IMG/VR virus record: IMGVR_UViG_3300030497_000008
Coordinates: 64,001 to 128,000 of that record
Length of the DNA: 64,000 nucleotides
DNA from: a virus
Reading direction: 5' to 3' (one strand)
Within the stretch, counting starts at the first letter, position 1. Each line of letters begins with the position of its first letter. This document shows positions 20,165 to 30,062 of the stretch, piece by piece. The position numbers and the translations under genes are program-made. The notes beneath the pieces are model-generated. The model did no database searches and was not told the origin of the DNA. It was given only the letters and a program-made list of their open reading frames with translations.

Positions 20165-20883
20165 TGGTTCAATTCTTAAGAAAGATTATATCTTCGGGTG
20201 ATACCTTACAGTCTATCGCCCAACACCATTTAGGGGATGTGTCGAGATGGAGAGAGTTAGCAACTTTAAATAACTTAAGATATCCGTACATCGTAGAAAC
20301 AAATCAAGAGAAGCTTAAAAATCCTGACCACCTAATAACAGTAGGTGACACAATCATGTACCAAGTAGAAGATGGAAATCGAGACCAGATTGTAACAGCA
20401 CTTAAGAATGGTGCGGTCTATGATAAAGAGGAAATCTATGCTATGGCTCTAGGTAAAGATTTATACGTATTACCGAAGCCAGATGAGACTAAAGCCTCTG
20501 GATGGAATTCAGAGATACTAGGGCTTACTGCAAGTCCTAGAAAAGATTTACAGACAATCCAAGGTATCAATAACTTAAAGCAATCTCTACTAATGCGATT
20601 ACTCACACCACGCGGCAGCTACTTAAATCATCCGAACTACGGTTCATTCTTAGATGACTATCTAGGTCGTAAGAGTACAGAGGAGAATATCACTATTATT
20701 CTAGCAGAGATAGAAAGAACAATCCGAACAGACGGACGAGTTAAATCTGTTGAGCGTGTCAACTATTATTTAGATGGCAATACCTTAGTAGTATCTCTAC
20801 AGATAACTGCTATCTCCATCGATGAAGCTTTCGACATGGTATTGTCTGCTAAAGAGAGCGGAGAAATTACACTACTAAACTAA
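20164..20883 (+). CDS. Baseplate wedge protein (LysM-like + gp25/GPW-like)
   Basis: GDTLQSIA..LGD..RW.ELA.LN.L LysM motif; NLKQSLLMRLLTPRGSY..HPNYGS gp25 motif. Confidence 0.85.
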   Translation: MVQFLRKIISSGDTLQSIAQHHLGDVSRWRELATLNNLRYPYIVETNQEKLKNPDHLITVGDTIMYQVEDGNRDQIVTALKNGAVYDKEEIYAMALGKDLYVLPKPDETKASGWNSEILGLTASPRKDLQTIQGINNLKQSLLMRLLTPRGSYLNHPNYGSFLDDYLGRKSTEENITIILAEIERTIRTDGRVKSVERVNYYLDGNTLVVSLQITAISIDEAFDMVLSAKESGEITLLN

Positions 20884-20894
20884 GGAGGATACAT

Positions 20895-21941
20895 ATGAAG
20901 TTTAAAAGTATGACAGACATATATGCAAGGTTGGTTGACAATACAATCACCAACACAAATAAAATCAGTGACTTCTCTGTAGGTAGTGCAATCCGTGCTA
21001 TCTACGAAGCTATCTCGATGGAGGTCGAACAGTTCTACGTATTGACAGAGGAGAACCTTTCAGAAGCAATCCAATCGGGTGTCTATGAATCTTTTGGATT
21101 TAAACGAAAGCAACCGCAAAGAGCTTACACAACGATGCGGATTACCTTCCACAACCCAGTACAAGTTAACATGCCTTTACCTCGTGGTACAAGATTCACA
21201 TCTAGTTATCCTGAGTATGCAAATGTTTATGAAGTCATTGAGGACTACTACATCCCCGCGGGAGCAGTTACCGCAGAATTCCAAGTGTATTGTTTAATCG
21301 CTGGAGAGATTGGTAACGTACCAGCAAATGCGATTGATATCATGATGACACCTTTATCAAACGTAAAAGATGTAACAAATCCAAATGCAGTTCAAACAGG
21401 TCAAGATGAAGAGCCACTAGACGAATTAAAATCCCGTTTCCGCTCTTATATCGAATCCCTAAGTAAAGGTACTGTTCCAGCAATTGAATACGGTACACGG
21501 TTAGTTCCTGAGGTCTCAGGGGTATACATACAAGAGATGATTGGTAAGATTATTGTTTATGCTCATGACAAGAACGGAGATTTACCAGACAATGTAAAAC
21601 TTGCTATCGAAGCATCACTAAAGAACTACAAAGCAGCAGGTATCGCATTAGAAGTAAAACCAGTAGCACGTAAAGCAGTTGATGTCGAGGTAACTGTTAC
21701 AGTATCTATAAAAACAGCTATTACAAAAGCGCTGGAAGATAGAATCAGATTCTCTATTGAAAGCTATCTAAATAACATGCAGACGTCCCAGAATCTAATT
21801 CTTAGTGATTTGTCCTGTATAATTAAAGGAGTAGACAAGCAATTAGTTTACGATATCCAATACAAAAAACCTACAGCTAACATCGTAGTAAAAGGTAATG
21901 AAATTATCAGAAGTGGGAACATAAAAGTTAATTTAGTTTAG
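20895..21941 (+). CDS. Baseplate J-like protein
   Basis: DFSVGSAIRAIYEA..GEIGNV..GQDEEPLDELKSRF..LSKGT. Confidence 0.9.
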   Translation: MKFKSMTDIYARLVDNTITNTNKISDFSVGSAIRAIYEAISMEVEQFYVLTEENLSEAIQSGVYESFGFKRKQPQRAYTTMRITFHNPVQVNMPLPRGTRFTSSYPEYANVYEVIEDYYIPAGAVTAEFQVYCLIAGEIGNVPANAIDIMMTPLSNVKDVTNPNAVQTGQDEEPLDELKSRFRSYIESLSKGTVPAIEYGTRLVPEVSGVYIQEMIGKIIVYAHDKNGDLPDNVKLAIEASLKNYKAAGIALEVKPVARKAVDVEVTVTVSIKTAITKALEDRIRFSIESYLNNMQTSQNLILSDLSCIIKGVDKQLVYDIQYKKPTANIVVKGNEIIRSGNIKVNLV

Positions 21942-21951
21942 GAGGGCTTAT

Positions 21952-24456
21952 ATGAGCTTTACAAAGTATTTACACCCTCTATGGCGAACACTACTAACGA
22001 AGGACGGAGACACTCACAACGCCGTCCTAGCATCGTTAGAAGATGCATTTAAAACCGTTGAAAGTGACGCTATAGACAGTCGATTAGAAGCGAGCTTACC
22101 TACCGCTACTGGAGAGTGGTTAGATGAATTCGGAGATATCTTCGGAGTATTCCGTAAAGATGGTGAGAAAGATGATGACTATAGACGACGAATTGTCAAC
22201 TATATTTTAATAGAGCGTGGAACAACAGTATCAATAGAGGATGCAATCCAGAAATTCTTAGACGACCCAACAGCTAAGATTGAAATCTATGAACCATACA
22301 AGAATGTATTCATCCTTAATAAATCAAAGTTGAACGGTGAAGACCATATATTAGGTCGATACTATACATCCGCAGTAATTGATGTACGGTTAATGAAGCA
22401 CGTACCCTTAGAGCTGCTAGATGAGATTGAGAAGTACAAGCCAGCAGGTGTTAAGGCAATGGTCACACGTAATCCAAATAGACTAAGAGATGATGCTGTT
22501 ATCGCTAACAAGCGCATTATCAATCTTAGAAACTTATTAGTAAAGACTAAAAACTATTCTGGTAACGATGACCCGTGGAGTTACAATCCTACTACCGTAA
22601 CAATCTTACCTAAAATACAGTCAGGAACAAAGGTTGCACAAACTTCCGTTAACTGGGGAAGTATCAGGTATAACGTTCCTAGTATCATAAACCGAGGAGC
22701 TGCTAAAGTAGGTGATACCGTAACGTACGCGCAAGATGTTCGAGTTACGAATAATTTCTTCGTTAACGGTAACTTCTTAAATGGCATCGAACCTTCATCA
22801 ACTACCTATCCGCAAGGATTAACATTAGGTACAGACCCGACTTACGGTAACATCGCTACCATGACTTCTTTAAACGCAACAATAGATTCTTGGAGAGGTA
22901 TTAGGCAGCCGCTTAGTAGCAGTAATATTACCTCACTAAAGAAAGGTGAACTAATCCGTGTCTCATTTAAATATAGAATCAATGCAACTACTGTGGAGCA
23001 ATCTGGTGTAGGGGTTGAGATAAAGGGTAAGGACTCTACAGGTAAAGACAAAAACGTTTGGTTAGGGCAGCAGCTACCACCTAGCGCAACTGTAGGCGTA
23101 TGGACACAATACGAAAATACAGTAGCTATAGCAGATGATGTAACAGAGCCCTACTTCTTCACTTGGTTACGTCAGAATGGAAGCTTCTCCATTACAGATA
23201 TCGAGATAACAAAGATGGATTTAATCAAAACCATGCCAGTTAAGTTCTTCTGTGATGGCAGCTCTAAAGGTGGTACAGTTGTCGGTACTGCTACAGCAGA
23301 TTGGCAACGATTCAGTATAACTATCCCGTTAGAACAGGGCATCATCTCGAACAACGGTAAACTGAGATACGAGGTAGACATACTTGGAGGAACAGGTAAC
23401 GTGTTTCAAACAGCAGCACAAACACTAGTTGTCGGAACTACTCCGTTAAACTACACAGCAGCTCCAGAAGATTTCGGAGCTAAAATAGAAGACTACGATA
23501 TCCAAGAGAAAATAGCATCGTTAATATCTAAAAAGGACTCTACTTATTTAAGACTTCTTGACAATGGTATAATAGGTTATAAGAGGATAGATAAGATGAT
23601 TCCTCTGATTCCCGTTGAAGGTAATGAGCAAAAGAAATACCCTAAGCTCAAATATAAGAATAAAGATTTCTTTATGATTCCTTTAGCTAAGATGAAGAGC
23701 GAAAATGTAAATCTCTTATATTACCAAGCTACAGTGAAAGGTGGAGCGCTGGGTAACAAAGGGTATTTAGAAAGACACATCGAAGAGCAGCCAATATCAA
23801 AGGTAGGTCACAAGGACATCCTACTACCGAACGATGTAACAAAATCTGGTAGTATCTCTCATGTTGAATATTTACCTTCGTATACAAAGAACATCGTATT
23901 GAATGGTTCATGTAACAACGTATATCCGTTCGTCTACTCAGATGATGTCAGAAGCGATAGACCAGATGACATGAAAACATTGAGATTCCAAAGATGCGAT
24001 ACAGCGTTTAAAGAGGACTACATAGAGATGACTTGCAAAGACTCTAATGATTCATTTTTACAGTTAGGTCAGTATTGGCAAGAACTAGTAAACTTCTCTA
24101 AAGACGATAAGGTATCTGTATCTTTCGACCTTTACTCAGATGTACCTAACGCAAACGTAGTGTTCTTCTATCACAATGGGACACTATGGCAAGAGTCACC
24201 ACATATCGTCACAGCGAAAACAGGTGAATGGAGTAGAATAACTTTCACTGAACCGATGCGCTCAACAGCTCAACATATTATGTGGCGTATCCGATTCCCT
24301 CGTGTAGCATCCTCTACTGGTGCGAAGATGCGAATAAAAAATATCTGCATCAACAAGGGAGACCCAATACCATATGAAGAAGGTAAAGCAACACAACTTC
24401 GAGCAGATAACCTAAACATGGTCGAAGAGTTCGTAATTAAAATTTCTAATAAGTAG
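21952..24456 (+). CDS. Baseplate wedge subunit with appended carbohydrate-binding modules
   Basis: ATGEWLDEFGDIFGVFR..E.DDDYRRRI..KPAGV wedge domain, followed by three beta-sandwich modules. Confidence 0.8.
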   Translation: MSFTKYLHPLWRTLLTKDGDTHNAVLASLEDAFKTVESDAIDSRLEASLPTATGEWLDEFGDIFGVFRKDGEKDDDYRRRIVNYILIERGTTVSIEDAIQKFLDDPTAKIEIYEPYKNVFILNKSKLNGEDHILGRYYTSAVIDVRLMKHVPLELLDEIEKYKPAGVKAMVTRNPNRLRDDAVIANKRIINLRNLLVKTKNYSGNDDPWSYNPTTVTILPKIQSGTKVAQTSVNWGSIRYNVPSIINRGAAKVGDTVTYAQDVRVTNNFFVNGNFLNGIEPSSTTYPQGLTLGTDPTYGNIATMTSLNATIDSWRGIRQPLSSSNITSLKKGELIRVSFKYRINATTVEQSGVGVEIKGKDSTGKDKNVWLGQQLPPSATVGVWTQYENTVAIADDVTEPYFFTWLRQNGSFSITDIEITKMDLIKTMPVKFFCDGSSKGGTVVGTATADWQRFSITIPLEQGIISNNGKLRYEVDILGGTGNVFQTAAQTLVVGTTPLNYTAAPEDFGAKIEDYDIQEKIASLISKKDSTYLRLLDNGIIGYKRIDKMIPLIPVEGNEQKKYPKLKYKNKDFFMIPLAKMKSENVNLLYYQATVKGGALGNKGYLERHIEEQPISKVGHKDILLPNDVTKSGSISHVEYLPSYTKNIVLNGSCNNVYPFVYSDDVRSDRPDDMKTLRFQRCDTAFKEDYIEMTCKDSNDSFLQLGQYWQELVNFSKDDKVSVSFDLYSDVPNANVVFFYHNGTLWQESPHIVTAKTGEWSRITFTEPMRSTAQHIMWRIRFPRVASSTGAKMRIKNICINKGDPIPYEEGKATQLRADNLNMVEEFVIKISNK

Positions 24457-24467
24457 GAGTGAAGTAC

Positions 24468-27400
24468 ATGGCAAATGTTAATTTAAATGAAGCACCATAC
24501 TACGATAGATTTGCACCAAACAGCAACAGAGAAAGAGTCTTGTTCCATTCGGACAGGGCTCTACAACAATCTGAGTTGAACGAGATGCAATCCATCTTTG
24601 ACTTTAACGTTAAAAGAATGGGTGACAGTATCTTTAAAGACGGTGCAATCCAATCAGGTATGGCATTCAATTTTACATACGTAGACCCAAAAGACAAAAC
24701 AAAAGGCGTTACCGCTATCACCGTTGAAGATGGTTTTATTTATTTAGCTGGTAAGATTCGTTCATTCACAGCACAAACCATTCCATTCACAGGCAAAGGT
24801 AAAGAGATTATCGGTGTCGAACTTTCACAGAAAGTAATCACATCAGCAGACGACCCTACATTACTTGACCCAACTCAAGATGTAGCTAACTATCTATCAG
24901 AAGGTGCAGATAGATTAGAAGAGCGAGTAGTGATTACTTACAATAAAGATGCAGCAACATCTATCTATGAATTTAATGATGGCGATTTATTCATCGAGCC
25001 AGACCGACCAGAGTTCTCTCTAATCAACGATGTGTTAGCACTCCGCGATAAAGAGACATTAGGCTCATACCAAATCGAAGGATTCCAGATGTGGGTGGAT
25101 AAAGGATTAGATGCAAATCATATTACAGTAGGTGTAGATAGCGGTGTTGCTTACGTAAATGGTTACCGAATTTCTAAACCATCATCTACTAGAATACAAG
25201 TTCCAAAAGAGAAGACAACTAGTACCGTTAACCAAGAAGGTTACACATATGACTCTGCTAAACAACGAGTAGTATTAAGTAGCCAGTTCGTTAATAAAGT
25301 GAGCGTAGTTGTTGGTCGTACTGATAGTCCTTCTGAGGCTTCTGGTGGCGTCCGTATCAATAAAGGAGTTAAAGGTGGTAGAGATACAATCCCTGCACAG
25401 TACACAAACATCGACGACAACTCATTGAAAGTGTACGTAGGCTCAACAGTATACATAAAAAACACAGACTATCGTTTAGTAATGGATGGTGGTATTCAGT
25501 ACATCCAGTGGGGTATTAACCTAAATGGTAAAGAGCCAGATACAGGTACTGCCTATAACTTAACATTCGAATACGATAGAGTCATGGTAGAGAATACAGA
25601 CTACAAGGTTGTTCGTACAGATAACGAGAACGGTATCGGATGGCTTACAGAGGTATTATTCAACGTAGCTGGTGGTACAAGACCTAAAGCAAACGGTAGA
25701 ATTTCTGTTACATATGACTACACACTATCTCGTGAAGATATCGTAACACTAGATATGAAAGGTAACTTCACATTAATCCAAGGTCAACCAGCTCGTGAAG
25801 GTGACGCTCGTATCCCAGATAACGTAGACCCATTAACATTCAAGATTGGTAATATCCATTTATTCCCTAACTCTGATGAGGCTATCGTTAAGAACACAGC
25901 CGTTATGCGACTACGTATGGAAGACTTGCAGGTTATGAAAGCTAGACTTGAAAACGTCGAGTACAACCAAGCTATCCTTATGCTAGAGAAACAAGCAACA
26001 AAATCTCAAGACCCGTTAACGATGCGTGGCGTATTCGCAGATGCTTTCACTGACTTCTCTCGAATCGATAAAGCAGAGACAACAGTTGCATTCTCTTTCG
26101 ACGATGCTCATATTACATTGTCAACGAATACACCAGACAACCAGAAGGTTCGTCCTAAATTTATGGAGAACGAGTCAGTAGCGAAGTCATGGGGACGATT
26201 AGTAACAGCCCCGTTCACAGAGACAGCAGAGATTGTACAACCGTTAGCAACATCTCCTATGAACGTTAACCCGTACCAAGTATTCAACAAGCAAGGTTTA
26301 CTTAAGTTAGAACCTTCTGCTGATAACTGGATTGACGAACAGAGAATTACGTTATACAATGAAGAGTTTGCAACTACGAACATTAACCGTTGGTGGGCTC
26401 ACCAAGGTGACGGTGATGCTGGTAAGTTAAATGACTACAACCAATGGCTAGTAGATAATACAAACTTATTAGGTGGAGCACAATGGAACGAAGCATCATT
26501 AGGTTGGTTGAAAACAGATAAAGCAGAGGGTGTTATGTGGAGCTCCGCTCAGACAACTCGTAATGAGATGGTCGAGTACATGAGACCTATTGACGTTAGC
26601 TTTAGCGTTTCTAACTTAAGTCCATTCGCAAATAACTTGACACTGACATTCGATGGAGTTCGAGTAGATGTAAAACCGACTGGAAGTACAGTAGCAGGTT
26701 CTCAGACAGGTACAGTACGTGCGGATGCAAACGGGGTGGCAACAGGTACATTTAAAATCCCACCAAACATCCGAACAGGAACACGAGAAGTTACAATCCG
26801 TGGTGGTACAGCAACAAACGTTACCGACCAAGCGACAACAACTTTCTCAGCTCAAGGTACTGCAAAGATTACAACGGATACAATTACACGTACACACGTT
26901 ACGTTCAACTTGTATGACCCGTTAGCACAATCTTTCGCATTCCCACAAGCACGTGTCGTATCATCTGTAGGTGTTTATTTCGCATCTAAGCCAGCTTCAA
27001 CAGCAACATCAGAGAATATCATCATGCAGATTCGTGGACTATCTGACGGAGGTTTACCAAACCGTACAGTGTACGCAGAACGTGTATTAACTCCTAAAGA
27101 CATCAATGTATCTAGTGACGCAACATTAGAAACTAAGATTGCACTTGATGACCCGTTAATGGTTGAAGCAGGACAAAGTTACTGTGTGGTATTCATCACA
27201 GACAGTGCTAACTATACGATGTGGACTGCTACACTAGGAGAGGATACAGTAGGGGTAGAAAAGCAAACTGTAACATCTCAGCCTTACGTGAACGGTGTTT
27301 TATTCAGTTCTTCTAACGCAGTATCATGGACGGTTCACCAAACAACTGACATGAAGTTCAAAATCTATACTGCTACCTTTGCAGAAGAAGGTATTATCGA

Positions 27401-28007
27401 ATTTGATACGATGCGTAATATCGATTCAAACGGCATCCTACTAATGGCTTCGTACTTAACACCAGACAACACAGGTTGTAGCTGGGAAGTTAAAATCGTT
27501 CCACAGTCTAGCATGGGAACTGTATCCATCGATAACGTACCGTGGCTGCCACTATCAAACTACTCAAGTCAACAGACACCATTCGTTGTTGGGTTAGCGA
27601 AGTTACGAGCCAAGTTCAAATCGAATCGTTATATCTCACCGATGTTAGCCCTAGATGATTTACTATTCGTAAACTTCGTAAGCGCGACGGAAGGTAAGTA
27701 CACAACAAGAACGATTGACCAGAAGGATGCACCTTTCAATACAATCATCATCGAGTACAGCGAAGCAGCTCCAGCAGGTACAAGCGTAACACCTCAGTAC
27801 TCGTTAAATGGTGGTACGAACTGGAACGACTTTAAAGGAGCTAAGAAGACTGCACCAGACACAGCAGAGTTCACACGTATCTCTATTACTGAGACTGTCG
27901 GAAACAACCAGACATCAGTTAAGTATCGTTTACTGCTTAAAGGTGATAATCGATTCTTACGTCCACGTGTTAAGAAACTTACAGCGTTAAATAGAACGAG
28001 CATTTAA
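24468..28007 (+). CDS. Large baseplate / adsorption protein (DUF4815-like)
   Basis: APYYDRF..VLF..RALQQSELNEMQS, GVFADAFTD, VNPYQVF, DPLAQSF motifs; ATG 24468 preferred over GTG 24459 on SD spacing. Confidence 0.85.
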   Translation: MANVNLNEAPYYDRFAPNSNRERVLFHSDRALQQSELNEMQSIFDFNVKRMGDSIFKDGAIQSGMAFNFTYVDPKDKTKGVTAITVEDGFIYLAGKIRSFTAQTIPFTGKGKEIIGVELSQKVITSADDPTLLDPTQDVANYLSEGADRLEERVVITYNKDAATSIYEFNDGDLFIEPDRPEFSLINDVLALRDKETLGSYQIEGFQMWVDKGLDANHITVGVDSGVAYVNGYRISKPSSTRIQVPKEKTTSTVNQEGYTYDSAKQRVVLSSQFVNKVSVVVGRTDSPSEASGGVRINKGVKGGRDTIPAQYTNIDDNSLKVYVGSTVYIKNTDYRLVMDGGIQYIQWGINLNGKEPDTGTAYNLTFEYDRVMVENTDYKVVRTDNENGIGWLTEVLFNVAGGTRPKANGRISVTYDYTLSREDIVTLDMKGNFTLIQGQPAREGDARIPDNVDPLTFKIGNIHLFPNSDEAIVKNTAVMRLRMEDLQVMKARLENVEYNQAILMLEKQATKSQDPLTMRGVFADAFTDFSRIDKAETTVAFSFDDAHITLSTNTPDNQKVRPKFMENESVAKSWGRLVTAPFTETAEIVQPLATSPMNVNPYQVFNKQGLLKLEPSADNWIDEQRITLYNEEFATTNINRWWAHQGDGDAGKLNDYNQWLVDNTNLLGGAQWNEASLGWLKTDKAEGVMWSSAQTTRNEMVEYMRPIDVSFSVSNLSPFANNLTLTFDGVRVDVKPTGSTVAGSQTGTVRADANGVATGTFKIPPNIRTGTREVTIRGGTATNVTDQATTTFSAQGTAKITTDTITRTHVTFNLYDPLAQSFAFPQARVVSSVGVYFASKPASTATSENIIMQIRGLSDGGLPNRTVYAERVLTPKDINVSSDATLETKIALDDPLMVEAGQSYCVVFITDSANYTMWTATLGEDTVGVEKQTVTSQPYVNGVLFSSSNAVSWTVHQTTDMKFKIYTATFAEEGIIEFDTMRNIDSNGILLMASYLTPDNTGCSWEVKIVPQSSMGTVSIDNVPWLPLSNYSSQQTPFVVGLAKLRAKFKSNRYISPMLALDDLLFVNFVSATEGKYTTRTIDQKDAPFNTIIIEYSEAAPAGTSVTPQYSLNGGTNWNDFKGAKKTAPDTAEFTRISITETVGNNQTSVKYRLLLKGDNRFLRPRVKKLTALNRTSI

Positions 28008-28020
28008 CAGGAGGGATTAT

Positions 28021-28215
28021 ATGCCATTAGAACGAAGAGATAAGTCGGGAGCGTTAGTATTCGCTCCTACTGATTCTGAAATAAAGCATTTAGCAACGTT
28101 AAGAAACATCCAAGATAAGTCAGAAGAGCTTGATACAAAGCTTGCAGAAGTAGATAAAATGAAAGAAGATTTAACAGCATTAATAGCACAAATGAAAGAA
28201 AAGGTCACTATGTAG
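28021..28215 (+). CDS. Small baseplate-associated coiled-coil protein
   Basis: RRDKSGALVF.PT motif; usual last gene of this tail cluster. Confidence 0.7.
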   Translation: MPLERRDKSGALVFAPTDSEIKHLATLRNIQDKSEELDTKLAEVDKMKEDLTALIAQMKEKVTM

Positions 28216-28228
28216 TGACCTCTTTTTT
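28202..28228 (+). terminator. Terminator closing the structural operon
   Basis: AGGTCACT-atgt-AGTGACCT followed by CT6. Confidence 0.85.
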
Positions 28229-28289
28229 ATGGATTATTCTGAACATTGTTATAATTAATATATAAGCAAAAATAAGAGGAGATGAATGA

Positions 28290-30062
28290 ATGAAGATAAC
28301 AGTTGGAATCATCTATACACACGTAGATTTCGATGGAGATACATTAAAAGAGGAAAAGGTAAAAGACCATATGCATCATAAGTTAGGAGTAAAAGACCCT
28401 AACGCTATACATTCAAGAGCATATAAGAGCGGAGCATGGGATGGTATTACAGATTACTACGATATGAAAGAGAACTCGTTCCCTACAGGACTAGTAAATT
28501 TATTCTTAGAAGGTATCCGTGAAATGCAAGAGTACCTTCCAAACCTTACATATGAATTAATAGATAATAGACCATCACCATTATTACACCCTGATAATCT
28601 AGATAAAGAGATTGAGCTTATCAAGGATGGACAAACTATCACATTACGTGACTATCAATATCGTGCAGTAGAAGCAATCATTCGTGACCAAATCGGAATT
28701 GTCAACTTAGCAACAAACGCGGGTAAAACGATGTCTGCTGCTGGAATCATTAAAATTCTCATGCCATTGATTGGACGCAATGAACGTATTGTATTCATGG
28801 TACACTCAAAGGATATCTTAAGTCAAGCTAAAAAAAGTATTACAGAGGCATTAGGTATGAAAGAGAAAGATGTCGGACTAGTTGGAGAAGGCAAGTTCGA
28901 TATTAAGAATAAGAAGCTAGTATTCGTTATGAGTCCAACTCTATCAAGTGCATTATCAGACCCGAAGAAAGGTGTGACACTAACACAAAAGGATAGACTT
29001 GTCAAGAAGATGGCAGAAGAGATAGCTCCTAAGTTCCTTGATACAGTAAACACTCGAACATTGATTAAGAATTTCCTAAAGAACTGGAAGCCAAAAACAA
29101 AGAACGATGTCGAGATTGAACAAATCTTAACAGCTCTTGCTTACGATAATGCATATACTGACAAGAAAGTACAAATGGTTCTACGAAGCTACAATGCAGA
29201 GTTCGAGAAAATCCTTCTTAAGAAGAATAAAAAGAATTTCGAAAAATGGAAAACTGCTAAAGATTTTGTCGAATCGGTTCGAGTATTTATTGGGGATGAG
29301 GCTCATAGAATTAAAGGTGATACATGGTACACGAATGCATTGCAATTTTCAAATGCACAATACCGAGTAGCCCTAACAGGTACAGTTGACAAAAAAGATG
29401 TTCATCTATATCAACGTATCCGCGCACTATTCAATGACATCATCGTTAAAGTATCTAATGACGAACTTATCAGTCGAGGCGTTTCTTCCAAACCAAAAAT
29501 CAGAATGTTAGAAATAAAAGAACCTCGCGGTATCGAATTAGCAGATAACTACATGGAAGCTTATAAAGTAGGAATCTCTCAAAATGATTACCGAAATGAT
29601 ATGGCAGTACAAGTAGCCGTTGCATTCTATGAAAAGAAAAAAGCTGGAGTACTATTCTCTGTCAATCATATCGAACACGGTGAAAGTATTCAAGAGAAAC
29701 TTAGAGCCAAAGGTTACGAGTGTTCATTCTTAAAAGGTGAACTAGAATTGGACGAGCGTAAAGAAGTACTTGACAAGTTCTCATCTGGTGAGATACCATT
29801 TATGATTGGTACGACTATTATCGATGAAGGTCTCGATTTAAGTTGTATCGGTTGTCTTGTATTAGCTGGTGCAGGGAAAAGTCTTCGACAAATTCTGCAA
29901 CGTATCGGTCGTGGATTGCGCTTAAATGGTATCGATGGAAACCAAACGTTAGTAATTGATTTTATCGACAAAACACATAAGATTTTACTTAAGCATTCGA
30001 AAGAAAGACTTAGAATCTACCAAGACGAAAAGTTCGATGTCCGATATTTAGGGGCGAAGTAG
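28290..30062 (+). CDS. SF2 DNA helicase (UvsW-like)
   Basis: LRDYQ Q-motif, ATNAGKT Walker A, DEAH, ALTGT, QRIGRGLR. Confidence 0.92.
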   Translation: MKITVGIIYTHVDFDGDTLKEEKVKDHMHHKLGVKDPNAIHSRAYKSGAWDGITDYYDMKENSFPTGLVNLFLEGIREMQEYLPNLTYELIDNRPSPLLHPDNLDKEIELIKDGQTITLRDYQYRAVEAIIRDQIGIVNLATNAGKTMSAAGIIKILMPLIGRNERIVFMVHSKDILSQAKKSITEALGMKEKDVGLVGEGKFDIKNKKLVFVMSPTLSSALSDPKKGVTLTQKDRLVKKMAEEIAPKFLDTVNTRTLIKNFLKNWKPKTKNDVEIEQILTALAYDNAYTDKKVQMVLRSYNAEFEKILLKKNKKNFEKWKTAKDFVESVRVFIGDEAHRIKGDTWYTNALQFSNAQYRVALTGTVDKKDVHLYQRIRALFNDIIVKVSNDELISRGVSSKPKIRMLEIKEPRGIELADNYMEAYKVGISQNDYRNDMAVQVAVAFYEKKKAGVLFSVNHIEHGESIQEKLRAKGYECSFLKGELELDERKEVLDKFSSGEIPFMIGTTIIDEGLDLSCIGCLVLAGAGKSLRQILQRIGRGLRLNGIDGNQTLVIDFIDKTHKILLKHSKERLRIYQDEKFDVRYLGAK

